Shown: piece by piece, positions 16,692 to 25,429 of the stretch | How the letters are laid out: the number at the start of each line of letters is the position of its first letter | How positions within the stretch are numbered: position 1 is the stretch's first letter | From: Vibrio vulnificus CMCP6 | Lineage (GTDB): Bacteria > Pseudomonadota > Gammaproteobacteria > Enterobacterales > Vibrionaceae | NCBI RefSeq assembly: GCF_000039765.1 | Contig: NC_004460.2 | Location: 1,260,001 to 1,292,000, forward strand | Length of the DNA: 32,000 nt | Direction of reading: 5' to 3' | The notes under the pieces: generated by a model | The model's database searches: none | Told to the model about the DNA's origin: nothing | The model's input: the letters and a program-made list of their open reading frames with translations, nothing else | Position numbers and translations under genes: made by a program

Positions 16692-17502
16692 GAATATTGG
16701 GAAAAGAGGACCAAAGTTTCTGAGTGTAGGGGTGTTGTGGGTGGTTGCGGATCTGGTAGGAAAGATCGACCTCAACGATCTCGCCATGACGCATGATGGC
16801 AATGCGATCACACAGTTGACTCATCAGGGCAAGATCATGAGTGATAAAGAGCACTGAAAAACCAAACTCTTCGCGTAACTGATAGATTTGTTGGAGGATC
16901 TCGCGTTGCACCACCACATCGAGCGCCGTGGTGGGCTCATCCATGATGATCAATTTCGGATTGAGAGACAGTGCAATCGCGATCACCAAACGCTGGCGCA
17001 TCCCGCCACTAAACTGGTGTGGGTATTCACTTAAACGGTGACGGGGAATATTGACCAGATCGAGCAGCTTTTCTGCTCGATCTTTGGCCTGCGCATCGGA
17101 AAAACCGCTGTGGTGGCGAAGGACATCGGCAAATTGCTCCTCAATGGTCAGCACGGGATTAAGCGAATTCATCGCACTTTGAAACACCATGGCAATTTCA
17201 CTCCAACGCAATACGCTCAGAGCTTGGTTGGACAATGCCAGTAAATTGCGACCTTCAAACTGAATTTCCCCCCCAGAAATAAATGCGGGCGGTTTGTGAA
17301 GGCGATTGATTGCAAAGGCAATGGTACTTTTTCCGCAGCCCGATTCGCCTGCGAGGCCAAAAATCTCCCCTCGACCAATATCGAAGCTTACGGACTTGAC
17401 CGCGTTGAAATCGCCGTTGTCGGTGATGTAATCGACACACAAGTTTCTAACCTGCAACACGGGATCTGGATGGAACGCTTTGTCAGCGTGAAACACACTC
17501 AT
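16657..17502 (-). CDS. ABC transporter ATP-binding protein, oligopeptide/dipeptide (OppD/DppD) type
   Basis: Walker A GESGCGKST, signature FSGGMRQRLVIAIAL, Walker B IIMDEPTTALD. Confidence 0.88.
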   Translation of the reverse strand: MSVFHADKAFHPDPVLQVRNLCVDYITDNGDFNAVKSVSFDIGRGEIFGLAGESGCGKSTIAFAINRLHKPPAFISGGEIQFEGRNLLALSNQALSVLRWSEIAMVFQSAMNSLNPVLTIEEQFADVLRHHSGFSDAQAKDRAEKLLDLVNIPRHRLSEYPHQFSGGMRQRLVIAIALSLNPKLIIMDEPTTALDVVVQREILQQIYQLREEFGFSVLFITHDLALMSQLCDRIAIMRHGEIVEVDLSYQIRNHPQHPYTQKLWSSFPNIHDVHSTVEQGA

Positions 17503-17523
17503 AGAGACACCTTACATTAATAT

Positions 17524-17542
17524 AATGATAATTATTATCATT
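17524..17542. promoter_or_regulatory. Fur box overlapping the promoter of the ABC-ATPase operon
   Basis: AATGATAATTATTATCATT is a perfect 19-bp palindrome. It contains an exact TGATAAT-N-ATTATCA (7-1-7 Fur consensus). It lies 22 bp upstream of the start codon at 17502. Confidence 0.85.
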
Positions 17543-17851
17543 TATCAGGTGTTATGCGTTTGCAAAAGAAGGAGGCAAGAATTTGTTGAAGTGGCTCGAA
17601 AGATTGTGGTGATTGATGGGGAAAAGCCATGCGCTCAGCCAAGAAAATGAGAGCTTGATCAGCTTATTTTTGCAGGGGCAATTTCTTGAATGTACTTTGT
17701 CGATTTCGATTAAGCAAAAAGTTAATGACGGATTTATAATTTAGTTGGTAGAAGAGTGGAAATGGTCACATTTCCTCACTGTTTTGCTTAATTCACGAAA
17801 TCGGGTTTGCTATAGATCGGGTGTCGAAAACATGGTGCGTTCGGAGGAGAT

Positions 17852-18049
17852 ATGTCCATTAATTCAATCAACCATGACGAGATGGCAGATATGGCTCACA
17901 AATGGGAAGTTTCTGAAGAAGAAGTTGTCCTAAGGCCAGAAAAGCAAGTGAAATCAGCAGAGGCGAGACGCCGAATTGAAGCGCTAAGAGAGATCCGCGA
18001 AAGTGGTCTGAGCATTGAAGAAGCCAAGGAACTAGGATTGCTTCACTAA
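17852..18049 (+). CDS. Small hypothetical protein (65 aa)
   Basis: GGAGGAG RBS 4 nt upstream of the ATG. The sequence is charged and helical (EARRRIEALREIRESGLSIEEAKELGLLH). A clean terminator follows. Confidence 0.6.
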   Translation: MSINSINHDEMADMAHKWEVSEEEVVLRPEKQVKSAEARRRIEALREIRESGLSIEEAKELGLLH

Positions 18050-18082
18050 GTCTTGCTAACGATATGATTTTATAAACCTTGA

Positions 18083-18112
18083 GGGTAGCATCATGCTACC
18101 CTTTGTGTTTTT
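18083..18112 (+). terminator. Rho-independent terminator
   Basis: GGGTAGCA-TCA-TGCTACCC followed by TTTGTGTTTTT. Confidence 0.8.
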
Positions 18113-18242
18113 AACTCGGCCATCAAAGCGCTGCCAACCCCGTTCGCTGTTTGACAATCCTCCTGCTCGTTACTAAACACTATATCAATAAGATGTGCAT
18201 TTTGTTTCTTATTCTTTGTGTTATGACGTCAGGAGCAACATC

Positions 18243-19298
18243 ATGGAGCAACCGATTTATTTCTATGAGCCAGATGAAAATCATGGCTTTCTCGCCAACT
18301 TCTATCCATGCTCGATCACCGTTTCTGGGACGTGCTGGCCGAGCAGTGAACATTACTACCAAGCACAAAAATTCGACGATGTCCGGCTACAGGAAAAAGT
18401 GTTGAGGGCAGAAGATGCTGCACAAGCTTTTCGGCTTTCACGCGAATATCAGCAGTGGCAAAGGCATGACTGGTATGACATTCGAGTAGAAGTGATGAGA
18501 TTCATTGTGCGCGAGAAATTTTTGCAAAACACGCCCCTAGCGCATCAACTGCTTGCGACGGGAGATACTGAACTGAAAGAACATTCGCATAAGGATGCCT
18601 TTTGGGGGGATGGGGGCGATGGGCATGGACGCAATGAGCTCGGGCGTATTTTGATGATGGTTCGAGAGGAGTTGCAAGAGCACGCGCCATACAATCTGGT
18701 GCAGTTTATTGACAGTGCGAAGTTGCCTACCCAGTGGGGGACATTTCAAATGTATGGTTTCATTGAAAAAGCCACCGGGAAAGAGCATTTGGCGCTCGTG
18801 TATGGGGATATTGAACAACAGGCAGCGCCTTTGATTCGTCTGCACTCTGAGTGTTTAACAGGCGATGCGCTGTTTAGTGCCCGCTGTGATTGCGGTTTTC
18901 AGCTCGCCAAAGCCTTGCAAAACATCGTGGCAGAAGGGGCGGGCGTGTTGCTCTATTTGCGGCAGGAAGGGCGGGGGATAGGCCTTATCAATAAAATTCG
19001 CGCTTATCACTTACAAGATGACGGGGCCGACACGGTGGAAGCTAACGAGCAACTTGGCTTTGGCGCCGATATGCGCGATTACGCGTTTTGTCGCGGCATT
19101 CTCAGTTTTCTCGGCATTGAACGTGTGAGGCTGATGACCAACAACCCACGCAAGGTGAAGGCACTGCAATTGGCCAATATTGAGGTGACGGAGCGCGTGC
19201 CGCTGCAAGAAGGCAATAATCCGCACAATCATCAGTATTTAAGAACCAAAGCCGATAAGCTAGGCCACATGTTTGATCGCAACTTCGTTAAACCTTAG
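18243..19298 (+). CDS. ribA: Bifunctional NADAR (YbiA/COG3236-like N-glycosidase) - GTP cyclohydrolase II (RibA) fusion
   Basis: The N-terminal domain is [31 protein letters not shown]...AFWGDGGDG (NADAR/YbiA pattern). The C-terminal domain is [38 protein letters not shown] (RibA). The start is set at ATG 18243 ([10 protein letters not shown]) because of an AGGAG RBS; the track start 18195 is rejected. Confidence 0.88.
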   Translation: MEQPIYFYEPDENHGFLANFYPCSITVSGTCWPSSEHYYQAQKFDDVRLQEKVLRAEDAAQAFRLSREYQQWQRHDWYDIRVEVMRFIVREKFLQNTPLAHQLLATGDTELKEHSHKDAFWGDGGDGHGRNELGRILMMVREELQEHAPYNLVQFIDSAKLPTQWGTFQMYGFIEKATGKEHLALVYGDIEQQAAPLIRLHSECLTGDALFSARCDCGFQLAKALQNIVAEGAGVLLYLRQEGRGIGLINKIRAYHLQDDGADTVEANEQLGFGADMRDYAFCRGILSFLGIERVRLMTNNPRKVKALQLANIEVTERVPLQEGNNPHNHQYLRTKADKLGHMFDRNFVKP

Positions 19299-19326
19299 TG
19301 TGCTCGACAACGAATAAGCAAAGTAA

Positions 19327-19344
19327 AAGGGCCGTGAGGCCCTT
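19327..19344. terminator. Hairpin between convergent genes (possible bidirectional terminator)
   Basis: AAGGGCC-GTGA-GGCCCTT. It has no strong T-run and overlaps the stop of the 251-aa gene. Confidence 0.35.
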
Positions 19345-20098
19345 AAATGTATTTGTTGACGATGCGTTGCAACTCGCCACTTTGTTTAATTTCTTTCAGT
19401 CGTTGGTTGATAAAGCGTTGTAGCGTTGCATCCATGTTTGGTGAGAAAGCGAGGTAAATTTGATAGTCAGGGATGATTTTCTCGAAAGGCTGCAAAGCAA
19501 ATTGTTCGGGATCTAACTTCAATTGCTGGATGTTGTAGTTCACCCTTGACGCCATTTCGACAAAAGCGGTATCACCTGGCGTGCGGCTAACCACGCGAAA
19601 CGCCGCTTGGTAATCTTTTACCCGAATTTCCTTCACTACCCCATCTTGAATGTATGGAGAGAGTTGGGGGTAATCAAACCCCATCAGCAGCACCACCCCT
19701 TTGTTTTTCAGATCGGAAATGTCATTGAAAGCGATGGGTTTCTTTCGGCTACTAACCAGCGTGTGTTTTACAGTGTAAATAGCTTCCTCAGAGAGATTCT
19801 CCGCCTGCACTTTCCCCCAGCCAGGGCTGCCATAAGTAATCCAATTTGGCTCTCCACCGTTTTCTAAAATGGAGATCATACGATTGAACGGATAGGTATG
19901 AAAACGAAGCGTATGTTCACTGTTGGAAAAGATAGCACGGACGATGTCGGTGACGATGCCTTGCTGATCGTGCCCATCTTGTTCGATTTGAAATGGCCTT
20001 GCCTGATTCGCAATCACGTAGTAGTTGACCTCTTGCGCTAACGCAAAAGAAGAAAAGATCAGCATGGATGTGCAAATCCATCTATTGAGCCGTTTCAT
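19343..20098 (-). CDS. Periplasmic solute-binding protein (family 3 / amino-acid-ABC-type fold), orphan
   Basis: Signal peptide MKRLNRWICTSMLIFSSFALAQE. Length and pattern fit PBP type 2 proteins. No transporter genes are adjacent. Confidence 0.65.
   Translation of the reverse strand: MKRLNRWICTSMLIFSSFALAQEVNYYVIANQARPFQIEQDGHDQQGIVTDIVRAIFSNSEHTLRFHTYPFNRMISILENGGEPNWITYGSPGWGKVQAENLSEEAIYTVKHTLVSSRKKPIAFNDISDLKNKGVVLLMGFDYPQLSPYIQDGVVKEIRVKDYQAAFRVVSRTPGDTAFVEMASRVNYNIQQLKLDPEQFALQPFEKIIPDYQIYLAFSPNMDATLQRFINQRLKEIKQSGELQRIVNKYI
19767..19779. promoter_or_regulatory. parS2 centromere site inside a coding sequence
   Basis: TTTACAGTGTAAA, exact. On the minus strand it encodes ...IYTVKHT... 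of the binding protein. Confidence 0.8.
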
Positions 20099-20173
20099 AC
20101 GCCCTCCGTTTTACTAATGAAAAGTCGTGACTATATTTATACTAGAACAAGTCATTTAAGGTGCTAGTTTCAT

Positions 20174-22114
20174 ATGAGAAAAAGTATGAACGGCAAGCGT
20201 CAGATAGGCATCGACAAGCAACTGATGATTGCGGTCATTTTGTTGAGCTTAGCTTTCACCTTGGTCAGTACTGGCTTCAATGTGTACTGGGATTACAAGC
20301 AAGAGCTAAAAAAACGACAAGCCGAGCTCAATTGGGTCGAGCAAAGTTATTTGCAAAGCCTAACAGAGAGCCTGTGGGTGGAAGATCGTCAGCACCTAGA
20401 ATCGCAAGTACAAGGCATGATGACCTTGCCTTTTATTGACGCGATCGACATTGCTAACGAGAACGAAGTCATTGTCAAAACGGGCGATGTTGGCCACTCA
20501 AAACGCGTGCTTGAGCGACGTTGGCCCATGGAATATCAGTTGGCAGACAATCATTATTTGTTGGCGAATTTGACGGTGCGCTCCAATCTCGATGAAGTCT
20601 ACCAAGGGCTTTGGCGTAAGTTTGCATTGCTGCTCGTTGGGGAATCGATCAAAACCTTCCTGCTGATGGTCGGGGTGATTTACATTGCTTTGTCGCTTAT
20701 CGTTAAACCCATCAGCCTGTTGTCTCGAGCGGTGAGCGATTTTAAAGACGGTGAGACACCGAGCCGGCTTCGTTTGCCAGCTCGAGCGTTTGACGATGAA
20801 ATCTCGCTACTGGCGGAGAAATACAACAGCAGTGTTGAGCGATTGCGTAGCAATTATGCGGAGTTAAAAAGCGCCAAAGAGCAAGCGGAAGTGGCGAATG
20901 TGAAAAAAAGCGAATTTTTGGCCACCATGAGCCACGAAATCCGCACCCCGATGAACGGCATCATTGGCGTGGCTTCACTTTTAAAAGAGATGGAGCTTTC
21001 CAGTGAGCAGAAACAGTATGTAGAGATGATCAATCACTCTTCAGAATCTTTGCTCGACATCATCAACGACATTCTTGATTTCTCAAAAATTGAAGCAGGG
21101 AAAATGGCTATCTCCCTCGAGCCATTTTGCCTTAGTGATCTCGTCGAGCAAATGTGCGCCATTTATACCCTCAAGGCGCATGCGAAAAATCTGCAATTTG
21201 TTGTTGAGCTGGCCGAGGATGTGCCGCATACCATGAGTGGCGACAGCAAACACCTCAAACAAGTGCTAAATAACCTGTTGGGTAATGCGGTGAAGTTCAC
21301 CGAACGCGGCTATGTCAAACTGGTGGTCGCAAAAGAGTTGGACGCGCAGCACATACCCCATATTCGCTTTCAGGTGTTTGACTCCGGCATTGGCATTGCG
21401 AAAGAGAAGCAAGAGTTGGTGTTTGAACGCTTTCAACAAGCCGATGGCAGCACCACCAGAAAATACGGCGGTACTGGCTTGGGGTTGGCCATTTGTCGTC
21501 GCCTAGTGAGTTTAATGGGGGGAGAATTAGAGCTCAAAAGCGAAGTTGGGCTAGGCAGTTGTTTTGAATTCAGTGTTCCTTGTGTTGATGGGGAAGGCGT
21601 TTTTGCCAAAGATCGCAAAGATAATGTGCGCCATTTGCAAGAGTTGGGGGTGACCGAGGTGGACTCAGAACCCTCCTCTGCTCATCAATCCAGCCAAGTC
21701 GCAGCGCTGCCAAGAGCCTTGCTGGTGGAAGATACTTTCATCAATCAAAAAGTCGCTAAGTTGATGCTAGAGAAAATCGGCTTGGCGGTGGACATCGCAG
21801 AAGATGGTGAGCAAGCCCTTGTGCTCTGCCAGCAGCAGCAATACGGCATCATTTTCATGGATTGCCAAATGCCGGTATTGGATGGCTTTGAAACCACGGA
21901 GATTTTGCGTGCCAGCGATGGCTGGACCCGAGATGTGCCGATCATCGCGTTAACCGCCAATGTAGTGGTGGAGGATAAACAGCGTTGTTTTGACGTCGGT
22001 ATGAACGATTTTCTTGCCAAGCCGGTGACTCAGCAACGAATGAGTGACATGGTCAAACGCTATCTGCCTTTTGATGATTCCTCCACAGGCTCGCATCGTC
22101 ATCAGCAGCCATGA
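20174..22114 (+). CDS. Hybrid sensor histidine kinase / response regulator
   Basis: Two TM segments flank a roughly 125-aa periplasmic region. H-box [14 protein letters not shown]-box [26 protein letters not shown]-terminal REC domain ([21 protein letters not shown]). No Hpt domain. Confidence 0.9.
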   Translation: MRKSMNGKRQIGIDKQLMIAVILLSLAFTLVSTGFNVYWDYKQELKKRQAELNWVEQSYLQSLTESLWVEDRQHLESQVQGMMTLPFIDAIDIANENEVIVKTGDVGHSKRVLERRWPMEYQLADNHYLLANLTVRSNLDEVYQGLWRKFALLLVGESIKTFLLMVGVIYIALSLIVKPISLLSRAVSDFKDGETPSRLRLPARAFDDEISLLAEKYNSSVERLRSNYAELKSAKEQAEVANVKKSEFLATMSHEIRTPMNGIIGVASLLKEMELSSEQKQYVEMINHSSESLLDIINDILDFSKIEAGKMAISLEPFCLSDLVEQMCAIYTLKAHAKNLQFVVELAEDVPHTMSGDSKHLKQVLNNLLGNAVKFTERGYVKLVVAKELDAQHIPHIRFQVFDSGIGIAKEKQELVFERFQQADGSTTRKYGGTGLGLAICRRLVSLMGGELELKSEVGLGSCFEFSVPCVDGEGVFAKDRKDNVRHLQELGVTEVDSEPSSAHQSSQVAALPRALLVEDTFINQKVAKLMLEKIGLAVDIAEDGEQALVLCQQQQYGIIFMDCQMPVLDGFETTEILRASDGWTRDVPIIALTANVVVEDKQRCFDVGMNDFLAKPVTQQRMSDMVKRYLPFDDSSTGSHRHQQP

Positions 22115-22273
22115 TTCCTTTGGCTAAATTTCTATTCTGCCCACTCGGCTTTTTATGCTATATTGCGCCGCTATACTCAAATAACCTCGTGATGTGCTTG
22201 ATAGAGCACGAGACCATTGCTGTGCAATGAGGCGAGGTGGTCATGTTTTAATGTTCACTGTTCGAGGATATGC

Positions 22274-22483
22274 ATGTCGTTCAATCTTTCACTGTTACCG
22301 CCGGATGAAAAAAATCGAATTGAGCTGGATAAGCAAGCTTCCTTTTTGGTTTGGCAATTGAAAGAAGCGAAATGCGGCCCTGATGCAATCATGACGCAGG
22401 CCGAGAAGTTGTCCGATCCGAGCGAAAAAGCGTTTTTTGAGCAATCGATCGAGAAATACAAACGAGTGATGGGGGTGGCATAA
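22274..22483 (+). CDS. Small hypothetical protein (69 aa)
   Basis: The ATG at 22274 has a GAGGA RBS 5 nt upstream, and a terminator follows. I recognise no motif. Confidence 0.45.
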   Translation: MSFNLSLLPPDEKNRIELDKQASFLVWQLKEAKCGPDAIMTQAEKLSDPSEKAFFEQSIEKYKRVMGVA

Positions 22484-22539
22484 CTCGATTTGTGCCCAGT
22501 TTCCTTAATTTAAGTGACCGGTGCCCCATTCCTCAGCGG

Positions 22540-22567
22540 AGCGAAAATTGAATTGGTTTCGCTTTTT
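22540..22567 (+). terminator. Rho-independent terminator
   Basis: AGCGAAA-ATTGAATTGG-TTTCGCT followed by TTTTG. Confidence 0.6.
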
Positions 22568-22613
22568 GCTAAAATCCTTCGCGTTAAAAATGTAAATGTA
22601 GAGAGACATCCCG

Positions 22614-23330
22614 ATGGGAAGAAGTTTTGAAGTGCGCAAAGCCTCTATGGCGAAAACTGCAGGCGCAAAAATTAAAGTTTATTCCAAATACGGTAAAGAA
22701 ATTTACGTGTGTGCGAAAAACGGTGGTATTGACCCAGACATGAACTTGTCACTGCGTCACCTGATCACGAAAGCGAAAAAAGATCAGGTTCCATCACACG
22801 TTATTGAAAAAGCACTCGACAAAGCAAGTGGCGGTGGCGGTGAAGATTACCAACCAGCTCGCTACGAAGGTTTTGGCCCAGGTGGCATTAGCGTGATCGT
22901 TGACTGTCTAACAGACAATGGCAACCGTACTTTCCAAGACGTTCGTCAGTGCTTTGTGAAGACAGGTGCAAAAATCGGTACTCCTGGTGTGGTTGCACAC
23001 ATGTTCGATCACCAAGCGGTATTCCAGTTCAAAGGTGACGACGAAGAGTCATTCCTAGAAGCGCTGATGATGGCGGATTGCGATGTGACTGACATCGAGC
23101 TTGAAGATGGTGTGATCACTATCTACGCGCCAAACACTGAGTTCTTCAAAGTAAAAACGGCGCTAAACACCGAGTTCCCAGATTTGGTTATCGATGTTGA
23201 AGAGATCACTTTCGTTCCACAGAACTACAGCCCTGTGCCGGAAGAAGACGCAGAAAAATTCCAGAAGTTCCTAGATATGCTGGATGACTGTGATGATGTT
23301 CAGCAGGTTTACCACAACGCTGAAATGTAA
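22614..23330 (+). CDS. YebC/PmpR-family transcriptional regulator (YeeN-like paralog)
   Basis: 238 aa. The N-terminus [31 protein letters not shown] and overall length match the YebC/YeeN family. Confidence 0.85.
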   Translation: MGRSFEVRKASMAKTAGAKIKVYSKYGKEIYVCAKNGGIDPDMNLSLRHLITKAKKDQVPSHVIEKALDKASGGGGEDYQPARYEGFGPGGISVIVDCLTDNGNRTFQDVRQCFVKTGAKIGTPGVVAHMFDHQAVFQFKGDDEESFLEALMMADCDVTDIELEDGVITIYAPNTEFFKVKTALNTEFPDLVIDVEEITFVPQNYSPVPEEDAEKFQKFLDMLDDCDDVQQVYHNAEM

Positions 23331-23335
23331 GATGT

Positions 23336-23367
23336 AAAAACCGAGCTCAAGTAGCTCGGTTTTTTTA
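23336..23367. terminator. Bidirectional rho-independent terminator
   Basis: AAAAA-ACCGAGCT-CAAGT-AGCTCGGT-TTTTTT. It lies between convergent genes. Confidence 0.85.
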
Positions 23368-23610
23368 TGCGCTGATTTGTGGGCTCGTCACTTTACTTGC
23401 CAGCCATGCGGCCATTTTTCTGACCTGTGGTAATACGGTGAGATTCAGTAGCAAGGCGCAAGGCCAAGCGATGGTGAAGCTTTGTAGCCAAATTGGCGGC
23501 CAGTCAGCGCTAAATCCCATCTTATAGCCAGAAATAAGCCCCGACATCACCGTGGCCATCGTCAGTGAAGATAAAATAGCGGTGAGCCAAAATTGCAGAT
23601 CTTTTTTCAT
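23365..23610 (-). CDS. Small membrane protein (DUF2798-like)
   Basis: 81 aa with two hydrophobic helices (FWLTAILSSLTMATVMSGLISG; FTIAWPCALLLNLTVLP). Divergent from a LysR gene. Confidence 0.6.
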   Translation of the reverse strand: MKKDLQFWLTAILSSLTMATVMSGLISGYKMGFSADWPPIWLQSFTIAWPCALLLNLTVLPQVRKMAAWLASKVTSPQISA

Positions 23611-23657
23611 TGAGTCGTCTCTCTTTATTGCTGTCTCTGTTCGCCTCTAATGTATAC

Positions 23658-23684
23658 TTGCCTATATTTGGAAAAAATAGGCAA
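23658..23684. promoter_or_regulatory. LysR-type operator (T-N11-A interrupted dyad)
   Basis: TTGCCTAT-N11-ATAGGCAA, with perfect 8-bp arms, in the divergent promoter region. Confidence 0.6.
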
Positions 23685-23694
23685 ATTGAGAACT

Positions 23695-24594
23695 GTGAAT
23701 TCCATATTCGGAAATATCGATGACTTGTATCTCTTCTGCTGCGTGGTGGAAGAAGGCTCACTGTTGGCGGCGTCACGTAAGCTGGCTTTGCCTGTTTCGA
23801 CCATGTCTCGCCGTTTATCCGCATTAGAGGAGCGCTTAGGGCTGCGATTATTGGAAAAGCGTGGTCGAGAGCTACTGCCTACTCAAACGGGGCGAGAAGC
23901 CTTTGCACAGCTGAGTAGTGGTATGGAACAGATTGAGCTCGGTTTGCTGCATTTACGCCATCACTCTGAGCGGGTCGACGGCAAAGTGAAAGTGGTGATG
24001 CCACATCGAATTTATGGTGACTTTGTGGGGCCGGTCATTGAGCAGTACATGCGCGACCACCCCAAAGTGAAACTGGATCTGATCTTGAGCCAAGAATACG
24101 CCACGCCAGAAACCGATCGGGATCTGGTGATCACGTTCGACATTCGAGGAATGGACGAGATGATCGCCCGACCTTTCTTTCATGCTCGTCACGCCTTTTT
24201 TGTTAGCCAAGCGTATTTGGCGCGAGTGGGAAGCATCACCACTCCTGAAGAGATGGCGACATTTGATTGGATATCGATGACGCGTGATACGCAAATTCCG
24301 GTATACCAAGGCGAGCAATTGATCACCATGATCGATACTCAGCCTCGTTTGGTGGTCAACGATATCAATGCGTTGATCCGCGCGGTAGAGCAAGGGTTTG
24401 GAGTGGCCTCATTGCCTTTAAGGCATGTTGACCCGAGTCGTGGGTTGATCCGAGTCCTGCCTGAATATCACCGTGGGACGCGTCAAGCGTATCTGGTTTA
24501 TCGCCAACGTGCCTATCAGCCAAAAGCGTTAACCTTGCTGATTGAAGCGCTGTTAGAGAAAGTACAACAAGCCGAGTTCCGAGCGCGCCCCTAG
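23695..24594 (+). CDS. LysR-family transcriptional regulator
   Basis: HTH region LYLFCCVVEEGSLLAASRKLALPVSTMSRRLSALEERLG, followed by a LysR substrate-binding domain. The start is uncertain. The track ATG 23650 would place the dyad operator inside the CDS. GTG 23695 gives the usual short leader before the HTH. Confidence 0.85.
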   Translation: MNSIFGNIDDLYLFCCVVEEGSLLAASRKLALPVSTMSRRLSALEERLGLRLLEKRGRELLPTQTGREAFAQLSSGMEQIELGLLHLRHHSERVDGKVKVVMPHRIYGDFVGPVIEQYMRDHPKVKLDLILSQEYATPETDRDLVITFDIRGMDEMIARPFFHARHAFFVSQAYLARVGSITTPEEMATFDWISMTRDTQIPVYQGEQLITMIDTQPRLVVNDINALIRAVEQGFGVASLPLRHVDPSRGLIRVLPEYHRGTRQAYLVYRQRAYQPKALTLLIEALLEKVQQAEFRARP

Positions 24595-24644
24595 CGCATC
24601 TGCCCCTTCTTTCACCTTAACGCGCACTTCATCGCGCGCTCAAT

Positions 24645-24695
24645 CCGTTTATCTCAAATAGCGACCCTTTATCCCGCTATTTTTCCGTTGGTCGC
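24645..24695 (+). repeat. Three direct repeats with 20-bp phasing upstream of the seven-gene operon
   Basis: 24645 CCGTTTATCTC, 24665 CCCTTTATCCC, 24685 CCGTTGGTCGC. Confidence 0.4.
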
Positions 24696-24765
24696 AAACC
24701 CCTGTGAAGGGGCCTTGGTGCTTTTATTCTGTCATCGTCAATCAAAGCACAAGGATATCGCGACG

Positions 24766-25419
24766 ATGTTAGTGAAAAAGAAAACCATCACCACCTGCCT
24801 AATGATGACCAGTCTCTTCTTCGCGCCTATGGTCATGGCTAATCCAGATCAAGCGTTGATCAATCAATACAACCTAGCGGTGGAAGGGGAAACTGCGCTG
24901 GTGGATCACGTGTATGGTCAGTTGAACGCCTTGATCGAGCGAGAAGGTGCCAAGCCGCTCTCTCTGGTGTACCTCGGCAGCACGCAAACTTTGCAAGGGC
25001 GAGATGCCTTCTTGCCATGGAACAAAATGAAATTGACTGAGCAGGGGCTTGCGACCATCAGTAAAGGGCTAGGCATGCTCGACACCTTACCGCCCTCACT
25101 GAATGAGCAGCAGCGCATTCAAGGGCTGCCAGAGGGCTACCTTGCTCGTGCGATGGCTGCCGCCACGTTTACCTCTCTGCCCGATATGTTCAATCATTTC
25201 GAGCGCGGCTATGAACTCTATTTAGAGTTGTTAGCAGAACCGGATTTTCAAGCGCAGCCCTTTGCCGCCACCTCGTGGGTCTATCGCTATGCCATTCAAG
25301 CGGCCTTGCGCGCACAAGATGTGCCGCAAGCTAAAACTTGGTTAGACATGATGGAAAACCAAGATCGCGACAACCTTGATACCCGCTCCGCATCGGCACA
25401 AATCGACGTGCAAGGTTAA
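24766..25419 (+). CDS. Secreted protein of unknown function (first gene of the operon)
   Basis: The start is set at ATG 24766 (MLVKKKTITTCLMMTSLFFAPMVMA/NPDQ signal peptide) with an AAGGA RBS. The track TTG start at 24688 is rejected. Confidence 0.6.
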   Translation: MLVKKKTITTCLMMTSLFFAPMVMANPDQALINQYNLAVEGETALVDHVYGQLNALIEREGAKPLSLVYLGSTQTLQGRDAFLPWNKMKLTEQGLATISKGLGMLDTLPPSLNEQQRIQGLPEGYLARAMAAATFTSLPDMFNHFERGYELYLELLAEPDFQAQPFAATSWVYRYAIQAALRAQDVPQAKTWLDMMENQDRDNLDTRSASAQIDVQG

Positions 25420-25429
25420 TGGAGGCACT

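Noticed and set aside
16692-16811. N-terminal 40-aa extension of the second ABC ATPase (track start 16811)
   Set aside because: It would overlap the upstream ATPase gene by 155 nt and adds a non-homologous leader. The conserved ATPase N-terminus begins near NPVIELRN, so an internal ATG (16691/16688) is preferred. The exact start remains uncertain.
18110-18242. Looked for an FMN riboswitch upstream of the ribA fusion
   Set aside because: The leader is only about 130 nt and AT-rich, and I cannot find the conserved FMN-element helices or GC-rich core. It is probably an ordinary promoter and 5' UTR.
22586-22600. AAAAATGTAAATG upstream of the YebC-like gene, resembling half a parS2 site
   Set aside because: Only one arm (TGTAAA) is present and there is no palindromic partner, so it is not a parS2 site.
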